Shown piece after piece: positions 24,877 through 36,261 of a stretch of 64,000 nt of DNA. The DNA lies in contig NW_008246093.1 in NCBI RefSeq assembly GCF_000281045.1, forward strand, positions 427,839 through 491,838, written 5' to 3'. Position numbers and translations under genes: made by a program. Under the pieces are notes generated by a model, which was not told the origin of the DNA, did no database searches, and saw only the letters and a program-made list of their open reading frames with translations. The stretch's first letter is position 1, and every line of letters begins with the position of its first letter. The DNA comes from Saprolegnia diclina VS20 (Eukaryota).

Positions 24877-27800
24877 ATGGAGCCCGATTCCGACCAAATG
24901 AGCGCGCCGGACGCGCACGAGGCCAAGGACCACGAGAAGCGCCGGCGCATCCAGGCCGACGCCGACCCGGCGGCGCTCCAAGCCCACCACATGGAGCTCT
25001 ACCGTCTCGTGTACGAGGATCTGCGCACCAAGTCGACGGTCGGGTGGCAGAACGCGGTCACGGCCTTTGAGACGGCGACGGCCCATTCCGAGACGCCGGC
25101 GACCATCGAGTTTCTCCAGCTCTGCTTTCGCCAGATTGTGAGCATCATGCTCGACCAACAGTACGTTGCTGCAACATGCTGCGCCCTCTCACATCTCGAT
25201 GACGTGTCTAGTGCGAGCAAGATTGGCCCGACCGAGAAGGCCTGTGTGATCCAGACGCTCACCAAGGGCATCGTGCTCTGCGTCGGCCAGTTGAAGGCCC
25301 ACCGCCCGGCGTTTCTCTCGCACGCCGCCGTGCTTCTCAACAAGAAGAAGCTCTTTTACAAGGAATTTCGCAACTCGCACATGATGGGCCAGTACTGGAA
25401 CAAGGCGACCGGGTGCCCCGAAGTCCGCCTGCAGTGCATCAGCCTCTTCCACGAGCACGGCGGCTTCCTCGTCCTTGCGCAAACCATCGAGGGTATGGTA
25501 GAGACCGACGAGAGCGTCGCTTGCCTCGGCCTCGTGCCCATGGACGATCTCCGCGTGTTTGTCCTCGCGGTGCTCGAAGCCCGCCACAGCGTCGACGTCG
25601 GCCTTGTCTACCGTCTCTCGCTCGCAATTCTCCGCCTCCTCCTCGCGCTGCCCGCGGCCGAGTTGAAGAAGGAAGCGACCGACGTCATGGGCCACGTGCT
25701 CGGTACGATCCAGCGGCTATGGGACGTCCACCACGCGTCGCCGCTCCAGGACACGATGCTGCAGGTCATTGCGCGCTTCATCGAGTCGACGTCGCTGCCG
25801 CAGCGCCTCTTTGGGTTCGAGCAGCTCGGCCATCTGATTGGCGCCGCCCGCCATGTGCAGCCGTACCCAATCTCGTACACGGTGAGCGGCGCGGGCTCAC
25901 CGCATGTCAATGGCACGTACCTTCTCGTGCGCTCCGAGACGGAGGCGACCAAGTCGTCGACGGCAACATACATCCAGCCGAGCGTGATCCCCACCACGAG
26001 TCCGCTCACGCTCTTTTGCTGCACGATGAAGAGCGGCGCGAAATGGTGGTTCCTCTCGGAAGCCGACAAGCTCCAGCCCGGCACGGACCAGGACGTCGAC
26101 TACTACCAGCACCAGTCGTCGTCGCTCGACGAGTGCCTTCCGCCCGTGCTCCACTGGCAGCCAACCGGCAGCGGCGCGTCGCCCGCGCCATTGCTCGTGC
26201 CGACACGCGCGCCCGAAGCGTCGATCGACCCGGCGCGGTTTGACCAGCAGATTCTGGCGTTCGTGCAGCGAACCAAGCTCGTGGACGAGATCTTTGGCGA
26301 CCGCATGCACCGCGAAGTCGTGGCGCGCAGCACGACGTTGCTCACGTTCCTCGCCGAGTCGCACGCGATCTCGGAAGCGCACTTGCTGCAGATTGTCGCG
26401 TCGACGTCGGGGAAGGAAGCGTCGCTCATGGCCGAGATCCAAACGGTGCTAGTCTCGTGCGTTCTGCCGTACGTCTCGGACGCGATGCTCGAGCCGTTCT
26501 TGGAGCACGTGCTCGCGTCCAACCTCACGGACGCAACGCTCTTGATGGAGAAGATTGCGGCGCAGTACCGCTGCATCTTGCTGCGCCCGAGTCCGAACGT
26601 CCGCAGCGCAGTCGCCCGTGTGCTCTGGGCCATCCAGCTGCAGTCGACAAAAGCAACGTCGTCGGAGCTGCTCGAGTTTTTTCAAGACGCGCTGCTGCAC
26701 ACGCCGAGCGACGCGTCGACGTTTGTCGACGCGTGCGTCGCGCAGCTCACGCTCTCGGCCGGGCAGTCGACGCCGCTCGCACTGGACGACGAGACGCTCA
26801 TTGCGCGCAGCCTCGAGCTTCTCAAAGTGCTCTTGACGGCGTCGACGCCGGTCGGGCCATTGGTGGCGCTCTTGTTTGATGAAATTGCGGCGTTTGTCGC
26901 CCGCAACCCGGTCGGCTCGGCGATTGCCGAGGCCGCGCTGCGCCACCGCCTCGAGTTGCTCCAGTTTCTGCACCACAGCAGCGCGCTCACGTTTGACGAA
27001 GTGCTTCGCATCTGGACAGCGCTCCGCGTGCATTACGCAGACGTGGGCTACGAGTTTTTGCGCGACGCGTCCGTCTTTGTGGTCGCGGACGCCGCGCCGC
27101 TGCAGATGGACGTGTGTCGCCGTGTGTTTGAGGAGCTCTTGTGCGTCGCGGCCGAGACCAACTATGCGTCGCTGAGCGTCCACGGCTTCAACTGTTTTCA
27201 CACGTTCTTCATTGGTCTCAACGCCCACGCGTCGCACCTCGTCCGGTCGCCGACCGCGATCCGACGTGTCGTGCGGCTCCATGCGCTCCTCGGCCTCGAC
27301 GCGCTCTGGACGATCGCGATGGAAGGCGCGCCCGACGTCGCCAAGCTCGCGACCAACGAGCTCCTCCAAGTGTACGCCCACGTGGACGAAGGCGACCGCA
27401 TGGAGGCGCGGATGCACTTTTTGTCGCATGTGTTTGCGTCGCTCCAGCACACGCGGCTCGTGACGCAAGGCGTCCAGCTGCTCACGGGCTTTGTCGCGTC
27501 GCAGCCGGCGCGCCTGCTGCATGGGAAGCGCTCGCGCGGCACGCAGCTCACGCTCAAGTGCGTCGTCCAGCGAATTCCCAACCAGCTCCAGAACGAGCGC
27601 ACGTATGTGACGCTGACGGTGTTTGCCAACGACCCGGTCGCGCGCCTCCGGGCGCTCGTCGAGCGGACCGTGCAGCACCCAAAGAACCAGACCAAGCTCC
27701 TGGCGCATAGCGCGACGCTCATCGGCGAGGCCAAGACGCTCGCCGAGGTGGGCTTGACCGAGTCGACCGAAGTCCGCGTCGTCTTGTTTCAAAACGTCGT

Positions 27801-30800
27801 GACGAAGGCGGCGGACGAGGCGACGATCTTTGCGCCGAGTGAGCTGGAAGCCTCGTCGCCCGGCGCGCTCCTCGCGGCCAACGAAGCGTACTTGGACGTG
27901 CTCTTTGGTCTCCTTGCGGCGTCGACAACACCGAAAGCGACGCAGGTGCTGCTCCGCGACCTCTTGCAGCAGATCCCAACCAACCCCGACTGGCTTGCGC
28001 GCTGTGCGACGCCGCTCACGTCGCCCAAGACAGTCGCGTCGTGGCTCGCAGCAATGCCGTACCCCAAGGCGGTCTACGTGCTCGAGGTGCTCGACGGTCT
28101 CCTAATGCCGTCGTCGATGGCGCAGCGCGTGTACGACGCAGCGTTTGTCGCTGCGTTTGTGCGCTTTGGCATCCCCGACGTGCTCGACTTTCTCTTTGAC
28201 GTGGCCAAGGAAGAGCACGGCATTGAAGTCGCGTTGCGCATCGTCAAGTTTGGCTGCGTCGAGCACGACAGCGTGTCGGCCATGGCGCTCGACGTCCAAG
28301 AGGCGCTCGTGACGCATCTGACGACGCTCGTGCTCTCGCAACATGCGCCACGCGTGCTATTAGACGCGCTCGAGCTCATTCAGGCGACGACGACAGCGTC
28401 GCAGTGGTTTGTCCAAGTGTTTTCGATCTCGCTCGAGATGACGCTGCTGCATCCGTGCGAGCCCGTGCGCGCGCAATGGGCCTTGACGCTGCAGCGCCAG
28501 GCCAAGGACGCGGGTGTGCTCCTGGGCCCGCTCACGGCCGCGATCGGCCAGCTGCGCGTCGACTCGCCCGTGTGCCACGAGCTCTTTCAGCTGCTCGAAC
28601 ACGTGGTTGAGCACGCGCCGTTGACGGCGCTGGACGCACTTGTGGACCATTTGCTGCAGCTCTTGACGCCGTCGACGTCCAACCCAGTGCTGCTTGGGTC
28701 GCTCCAGGCGCTTGCACACATTGTGTCGCTCGCGCCGCAGCACGCGGCCAAGGTCTGGGAGGTGGTTTACGACCACGGCCTCTTTGCCATGCAGACATCG
28801 GAAGGCCACCGCGCACGGAGCCTCTGCACAACGACCGACACGCGCCGGGCGGCCTACAGCGTCCTCGCGCACACAGTCAAGCACGCGCCGGCCAACCAAG
28901 CGGCGTTGCGCGCCAAGCTCGGCCAGCTGCTAACCGAAGCCGCCAACCCCAAGAAATGGGGCCAAGAGTGCAATGTGGTCGCGCGCGCCAGGTACACGCT
29001 TCTTGGGTATCGCATCTCGTGCTGAGAAATAGCGTGTAGTGACGACCATGTGGGGCTCAAGAACCAAGGCTGCTCGTGCTACATGAACTCGTTCTTGCAG
29101 CAGCTCTTCATGTACCTTCCGATCCGGCAAGGGCTTCTCGCAGCCGCGATCCCCGACTCGTTCCAGACGATTCAAGAGGACGGGGATGTGGCGACGATCG
29201 CACCGGCGTCGCTCATCGGCCGGCGCATCATGCACGAGTGCGGGAACGGCCGGTCGTTTGAGGCGCTCATCACGGGCTTTGACCCGAGCACGAACCAACA
29301 TACGATCAAGTACGACGACGGTGGCGCCGACGTACGTTGTCGCTTTGCTTTTGTCCGGACTACTCATGCTCGACATGCTCTAGTTTTCGATCCAAGTGCT
29401 CGGCAACGTGCACATGACGCTCTTGCCGCCAGTCTTGGAAGGTGACGACGCGACCGTCGAGGTGCTGCGTCAGGTTCAGCGCACGTTTTGGTATCTCAAA
29501 GACAGTGAGATGCGCTACTACAACCCGAAAGCGCTGGTACGATGTCCGTTGCGGCGGCCTCTCGACCCACAATGCGCGATACGTAGGTCGAAGCCTGCAA
29601 GTGCTTGAACCTCGAGTTTTCGGTCTATCAGCAGAATGACGCAAGCGAGTTTTGCGACAAGCTCCTCGACCGTCTCGAGATTGGGCTCAAGAAGACACCG
29701 CAAGGCGCGGGCTGCCTCCAAGCCAACCTCGGCGGCAAGCTCATTTCGCAAAAGCTCCCGCAAGGCTGCGGCCACCGCTACGAGCGCGAAGAAGCGTTCA
29801 TCCGGCTCGAGCTCCAGATCCGCGGCAAGGACTCGATCGAGGAGTCGCTCGCGAGCTTTGTCGAAGGCGAGGTCATGGACGGCGACAACAAGGTCGAGTG
29901 CGAGCAGTGCGGCACAAAAAAGGCGGCGACGCGCCGCACGTGCTTTGGTGCGCTCCCAAACCTGCTCGTGCTCCACCTCAAGCGCTTCGACTTGGACTAT
30001 GCGACGTTCGAGACGGTAAAGCTCAACAACCGGTGCTCCTTCCCTCTCGAGCTCGACATGCGGCCGTACACGAAAGAAGGCCTCGAAGACGACGACGCCG
30101 AGAAGGATGGCGAGGATGCGTCCATGATGCCGGACGAGAGCAGCGCGTATGCGTACGCGCTCCGCGGTGTGCTCGTGCACTCTGGCGTAGCCCAAGGCGG
30201 CCACTACTACTCGTTCATTTTGGACAAGGCCAAGAACGAGTGGTTCAAGTACGACGACGAGGACGTGAGTCCGTTCGACCCGGCGCACATTGAAGCCGAG
30301 TGCTTTGGCGGCACGCAGAAGCGGACGTCGTCCTGGAACGGCGTGACCAACACGATGGAGATGGAAGTGTTTTCGAACGCGCTCATGCTCTTCTACGAGA
30401 AGGTCGAGCCAACGCCGGCGCCGACGCCGATCGTGGTGCCGTCGCCGCTCGCGCACGAGGTCTGGGTCGCCAACGACGTGTTTCTCAAGCACTCGTACGT
30501 CTTTGACGCCGACTTTCACGAGTTTGCCAAGGACATTATCCTCCATGCGGATGCGGTCGAGTGGTATACGCTCGGCCTGGCGTTTGTCCTCGACGTGGTC
30601 TTGCACTCGCGCGAGAAGAAGGGCATTGCGCGCTGGCTCCAAGCGCTCCAGCATGCGTTTAGCGCGCACCCCGCGCTTGTCGCACGGTTCTTGGACGACG
30701 TGATTGGCGACAAGAAGGCGACGTGGCTCACGACGTACCTCTTTGAATGCCCCGACGGCATGGCGCGCCAGACGTTTGTGCACTTGGTCACCCGTGCGTT

Positions 30801-32547
30801 GCTGTTGGCGCCCCCGGAGCTCACGCAGCGCGTCATTGGCGCGCTCGTCGGGCTCTGGAATGTGGTGTTTCCGTTGTATGTGGACGACTTCTTCAACCTC
30901 GTGCGCCATCTCTGCGAGCAGTCGCCCGCGATGCGCGCGCAGTTTCTCGGTGCCAACATGTGCAGCCGCCTCGTGCATTTCTTCCTGGGCGCGCGCAGCC
31001 TCCCGCCGCTCCAAGCTGCGTACCCGACGGCCGCGCTCTCGAACGCCCAAATGGACTTTCAACCGCTCTTTGAGGCGCTCGCGGGCTTGCTCGGGCTGCC
31101 CCGCCGCGTGCCGGAGCCGCTCTTGGCCGACGGATCGGTGCACTCGATCACGCTCAGCACACGGGCGATCGCGGCGTTCTCGGAGCTCTTTGACGAGTTT
31201 GCTGTGAACGGCGTCATGGGCGTGAATGAACTCAAGGCGTACTTCAAAGCGTGCGGGACGACCATGTCGACGGCCAAAACCGCGGGCAAGAAGATCAAGG
31301 CGATGCTGGCGGCCGGCCCCGAGCTCAACAAGGCGGCGTTCCTCGCGCAGTACACGGAGATTGCGTCGACGTCGTCCAAGATGGTGCTCTCGGATCTCAA
31401 GGCGCATGGGTTTGGCGAGAACCTCCAGCGCCTCCCCAAGCTCGACCCGGCAAACGACGATGCGCGTGCGTTTCTGCAAAGCCTCCCGCCCTTGTGCCAA
31501 CATGCGCTCACGCACCCGGACTTTCTCGAGTCGGCGCTCGAAGAGGACCCCGAGGCCATTTGCGATGTCGTGGTCCGCGTCTCGTTTGGCGTTGCCAGTA
31601 CGTCGCAAGTCGTCGTCGGCTGTCTCTTGCAGCAGCTGGCGACCGCCGAGATGGGCTGGAAGGGCCAAGCTATCGTCGACGTGGCAACAACGATCTTGTC
31701 GCAGCTGCTGAGTACCTGCGACGATGCGCTGTTGAACGCCACCTTTGTGCAGGCGCCAACGTCGCTGCTGATGGCGCCGCGCGAGCGCGCGACGCGGCTG
31801 CCGCCCCACCCGCACACGTCGCTCTTTGTGTTTCGGTACCTGGCGCTGGTCCTCGACTTGCTCAAGGTACCGGCGGTCGCACAGTACTTGGCACCGCGCC
31901 GCGCCGAGTGGGCGTGGACGTACCAATGGCTGCGCTTCGAGTCGCTCAAGCAGCCGCTGGGTGGCCGCGCAAGCATTCTGTACCGCGACCCGGCCAAGCT
32001 CGATGCGCTTGTCGCGCTCGGCGATGCGCTCGGGATTCCATACACGCCGGAAGAGAAGAGTTATGAGGTCAAGAACGCCGGGTTTGCGCCGCTCAACGGC
32101 GTCTACACGGTGCAGGCGCAGACGCATGACAACTGCCTCGTGTTCTGCCACTCGTCGTCGGTCAACGGCACCGAGTACACGCTGTTTCGGTGCGAGATGC
32201 CGAGCAAGGCGCACCGGTGGTACCTCTCGCACGCGCCCAACAAGCAGACGCTCGGGACGTCGAGCGATGAAGACTTTTACTACTGCGCGTGCACGGTGCA
32301 CGATGATACGCCGCCCGAAGACGGCTGGAAGCCGTGGACAAAGAACGCGGCAGCGACGTTGCCGGTCCCCAACGTCTCCTTGCACGCGTCGTCGATTGCG
32401 ACCGCCGAGCCAAGCGACGACACGATGATGATGGACGACGAGGACGAGACGGTCGAGTACGAAGACAGCGAAGACGAGATCCGCGTGAGCAACGAGCGCT
32501 TCCAGGCCGTGCACCTCGAGTCGCCCGACACGAGTGGCCCGATGTAA
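24877..32547 (+). CDS. Very large ubiquitin-specific protease (USP9X/USP24/USP34-like, peptidase C19)
   Basis: Cys box GLKNQGCSCYMNSFLQQLF, QQNDASEF, LHLKRF, His box GVLVHSGVAQGGHYYSFI, WFKYDDEDV. ARM-like N-terminus and a ubiquitin-like domain near 27550-27790. Introns near 25161-25211, 28992-29038, 29332-29383 and 29537-29586. The start codon is uncertain. Confidence 0.93.
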
Positions 32548-33270
32548 GCTCCTCGTCTAGTCCTATTGTTTTTTCATATTCCTTGTCGTCGCGTCTGGTA
32601 TTTGCCGAGACGACTACCACTTTCGCGCCAGATTAGCACTGGTGGCTTGGCAGATGGATTCAAAATCTGGATCGAGCTATCTGGAGTCGAATGACAAGCG
32701 ATACAGAAAGCTCCTTTTCATGCCAGTGGCGGACTCTGCTGTGGAGCTGAGGCTGTGCAGGGGCGATGCCTGGAGGCGACGACCCTTCGCCAGGCGATGG
32801 CGATGGCGGTGACGACGGCGGGCGGTGGCGGTCGTCGCTGCCTCGCATGCGCATTCGTATGGGATTGTCGGATCAATATCCAATCTGGGATGCTATCCGA
32901 AATCCAATCGGCAGACTATCCGTTGGATCGTTTCTTATTGCATATCTTAGGTCGCGCGTTGTGGTCGTGCCACGTCATCGGCCGTCGTATCCAGTGGCAT
33001 CGACTGGCGCTCGCGCCAAATTCGAATCGGGTGTCGGCGCGCCAATTTCGTGCTGGACCAACACTTGGCGGGCCGCGCTTCTCGCAATTCATTGGTCGAA
33101 ATCCAAATGCGCTGCGTTGTGATTGGCTCTTGGAGGGATCCGCAGCGACCGACAGTGGGCGTTCCAATTTCGGCGCTGGCCAATCCCCGTCGCGAACGAG
33201 TGGAAACAGCCACAATGTTGGTCGTCATTGGTGCATATTTGTGGATTCGAAATTCGCATTTCCCAATATC

Positions 33271-34176
33271 ATGGCCTCCGTCCTGCGCTGCTCGCTGTGC
33301 AAGGGCGCGGACGCCCTCGTCGAGCTCACATCGTGCGGCCATAGCTTCCATCCGCGCTGCATTCACACGTGGCCGATCCTAGCCTGCCAGGTCTGCCACG
33401 CGCCATCGCCGGCCCTGCGCGTGCTCCGGGCCAAAGCCAGCACCGCGACGTCGGCGCTGCCGCCGCGCCGCACGTGGTTCGACTCGGAAAAAGAGTATTG
33501 CGATGCACTGCTGGCGCTCTTCCACGAGGGCAGCTTGCCGCTCGCAAGAGGCGTGCATCTGCGCCCGACGTTGGCCACGTTGTTGCACTGCAATCCGATG
33601 CGGATCACGAAAAAGTTCAAGCAGCACCAGCAGCTGGGCAAGCAGCTCTACGCATACAACGCAGCGCCCACGGGCTTGACGCACGCCTACAAGCGCCACA
33701 CGTCGACGCAAAAGCACGTGACGATGCTCCGCGATGCGTTCTACTGGCAGATCCAGGCCCATGGCGGCGGCCGCGGTGTCGTTGACGCCATGCGCCATGC
33801 CGAGGCTCAATTTTGGCTCGACCAGCTCGTGCCCTTTTGCAAGCTTGTGGGCCAGCCTATCGAGCCGAGGGACGACGCGCTACCGCCGTTGACGCCCGAC
33901 AACAACGACAAGATTCACACAGAGGACGACGACGACCGCGTCAAGACGGAGCTCCGCGCCGAGAGCCCGGCGCACGTCGAGCACGCGGCCGACGCACCGG
34001 CCAAAAGTCTCTCGCAGCTGCAGTGGAACGACATTGAGATCGTCCACTCGGACGTCGCGTACGGGCCGTGGGAGTCGGGGGACCCGGAGCAGTGCAGCCT
34101 CGGCTTTATCATCGACGAGGACGGGCTCGTTCAGTTCGAGTCCATGTACGTCGACGACTCGGTCTGGAGTGTATGA
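33271..34176 (+). CDS. RING finger plus stramenopile-type 'CxPMRITKK' domain protein
   Basis: CSLC...CGHSFHPRCIHTWPILACQVC followed by RRTWFDSEKEYCDALLALFHEGSLPL...LATLLHCNPMRITKKF. Confidence 0.85.
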   Translation: MASVLRCSLCKGADALVELTSCGHSFHPRCIHTWPILACQVCHAPSPALRVLRAKASTATSALPPRRTWFDSEKEYCDALLALFHEGSLPLARGVHLRPTLATLLHCNPMRITKKFKQHQQLGKQLYAYNAAPTGLTHAYKRHTSTQKHVTMLRDAFYWQIQAHGGGRGVVDAMRHAEAQFWLDQLVPFCKLVGQPIEPRDDALPPLTPDNNDKIHTEDDDDRVKTELRAESPAHVEHAADAPAKSLSQLQWNDIEIVHSDVAYGPWESGDPEQCSLGFIIDEDGLVQFESMYVDDSVWSV

Positions 34177-34400
34177 ACACTAGCAATAGCAGAACACATT
34201 TAGTTTTTTATTTAATCCTTTTGCACAGTATTTGCACTTTATCATGTTCATAAATGTGCGTCCCGAGGATCGAAGCACGGACTTACGAGTGCCTCTGCAA
34301 CCGGTGCTTTGGTCCCAACAGTTCGCTCCAAGGCGGTTGCGACGGGCGCAACTTGGGTGCTAGTCATTCCACACGCGCAAATAGTAAAATAGTTAGTCGA

Positions 34401-35516
34401 CTAGCTGGCTAATGAGAGGCAAATGCCATCGCAGTTGGTGTCAATGTACGGATAGTACTTCTTGTCGGGCACGTCTTCGATGCAAATGCCCATGTCGAGG
34501 CCATTCTTTGCAAACGTCATGGCCCGCTCGGCGCGGTGGTAGCTGATGGTGAGGATGTCGCCGCTCTGGAACGTCTGGCCCTTGATCTTGTCCATGCGCG
34601 CGTCGAGGTTCTTGACATCGCCCGAGCACACGTTGTACGAGATCGCCGCGTCGACGTCGCCGTCGGGCTGGAAGGCCTCGAGCCCAATGTGCGTCTGGGG
34701 CGTCACATCAAACGTGTTGCCAGTCGAGACGATCTGGATCGAGACGCGGTCCACGGGGTGCGTGGCCTGGATGAACCCGGTTTCGTCCGCGATCGAGAGC
34801 GAGAAGCTCACAGTGCGCTTGTCTTCCGAGAGCAAGATCGTACCATCGGTGATGTCGATGGATGCGCCCGCGTCCCACTGCAACACGTCGAGGTTCAGGT
34901 AGTCGAGTGTCTTCATCAAGCGCTGCTTCTTCAACGGCGGCAGCCCCTCGCAGCTGAGGTCGCCTTCGCGCAAGTACGTCATGACGTACTCGAAGAGCGT
35001 CGGGTCGGCGTCGATAAAGTAGGCATCTACAGCATCATCAGCATCATCGATTGTGGAGGCCATAGCGTCGACGATGTTACCATTGTCCAAGTCGGGCTTC
35101 CAGTGCTCGTTGGAGAGCATTGCGTGGAAGTAGCTGCCTTCAAAGCGCAGCAGCGTCTCCTTTGGCACGGCAAAGATACGCCCGCCCACGTTGAGCTTGA
35201 TGACCGAGCTCGAGAGCTTCTCGAGCGACTCTTCGACGCGCTGCTCGACCACACCCCATTGCCGCTTGCGCTCGTGCAGCAGGCTCGTCTCGGCCTCGAG
35301 CCGATTTGCCGCGTCATGGAGCGACGTGAAGAGCACGTCGAGCTCGGCCGCATGGGCCGCCCGCAGCTCGGCGAGTTCGTCGGCCAGCCGCGCCTGGAAC
35401 TCGGCCAGCTTGCGCGCTTGGGCCTCGCGCAAGTAGGCTTCTTCGTTCGCGTGGCGCTCGCGCAGCTGGCGCAAGGCCGTGGTCGGACCTGCTGGCGTCG
35501 GCTCGGGCTGCATCAT
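34401..35516 (-). CDS. Coiled-coil + KCTD-type BTB/POZ + SPRY-like protein
   Basis: VIKLNVGGRIFAVPKETLLRFEGSYFHAML, YFIDADPTLFEYVMTYLR; SPRY-like GDILTISYH...MTFAKNGLDMG...YYPYI. Probable 54-nt in-frame intron 35027-35080. Confidence 0.9.
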   Translation of the reverse strand: MMQPEPTPAGPTTALRQLRERHANEEAYLREAQARKLAEFQARLADELAELRAAHAAELDVLFTSLHDAANRLEAETSLLHERKRQWGVVEQRVEESLEKLSSSVIKLNVGGRIFAVPKETLLRFEGSYFHAMLSNEHWKPDLDNGNIVDAMASTIDDADDAVDAYFIDADPTLFEYVMTYLREGDLSCEGLPPLKKQRLMKTLDYLNLDVLQWDAGASIDITDGTILLSEDKRTVSFSLSIADETGFIQATHPVDRVSIQIVSTGNTFDVTPQTHIGLEAFQPDGDVDAAISYNVCSGDVKNLDARMDKIKGQTFQSGDILTISYHRAERAMTFAKNGLDMGICIEDVPDKKYYPYIDTNCDGICLSLAS

Positions 35517-35898
35517 CAGGTGGCTCCTCCCTGTCCCGTAGAAGCTGAACTGCGAGGTCCGATTGGCCAGATGATCCGGATAAAGAATCCGGATACGCTA
35601 CTGGCTGCTCCCTTCTCGAAATTCGAAATAAATTAAATACGTTTTTAAAAGCGAATACGAGCCATGTACTAGTTCTTTGTATGAATTATTTCACTCGCGT
35701 ATTAAAATACATGGGAGGTGCAAATTTATATCGAAGACCGACGCTCGCGCTGCCACGTATGACGCTGCGCAAGGCGTCAACACAGTAGGAGCTTTGCCGA
35801 CAGCGTTCAATGTGGGCACTCCTTGTAGTAGAAATATACTACATACGTGGCTATTCAGTCGGCTAAAACAACGACTGCAACGACTGCGCCTACCGCGA

Positions 35899-35985
35899 AA
35901 TGCGTGGGAGTGAACACCAGTACTTGGTTGTTTGGGATCGAGCTGTCTACGGAGAGATCCCGTGGTCGACTTGACTCGCCGAGGG
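35899..35985 (+). repeat. Degenerate dispersed repeat, copy 1 (copy 2 at ~55868-55947); chromodomain-like relic
   Basis: Shared blocks AATGCGTGGGAGT, ACTTGGTYGTT, GAGCTG..TACGGAGAGATCC, CGTGGT, ACTCGCCGAG in the same order in both copies. Confidence 0.7.
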
Positions 35986-36261
35986 GTCTAGTTAATTGTA
36001 AGTACGGTTCGATGCAAATGAAGCATAGCCCGTTCGCGGTAGCGTCGTAAGTTTGCACAGGATGTCGATACCAACACCGTCACCGATAGACTCGGCAGGC
36101 AATCTGTGCACCAAACATGGTCACGTGGCGCTGTCGACCTTCGCACCCAGGGCGAAATACCGTGGCTCGTACCTACATCGGGATCCTCTCGGGCTAGTTG
36201 CCAGTACACTCACGAGATAATAATGCTAGACAATAGTAAAACATTTTATGTAATTCAGATC

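Noticed and set aside
29518..32514. 998-aa minus-strand ORF (likewise 13534-15087 +, 36106-37584 +, 43192-44508 +, 9310-10848 +)
   Set aside because: Antisense shadows of GC3-biased real genes; no motifs.
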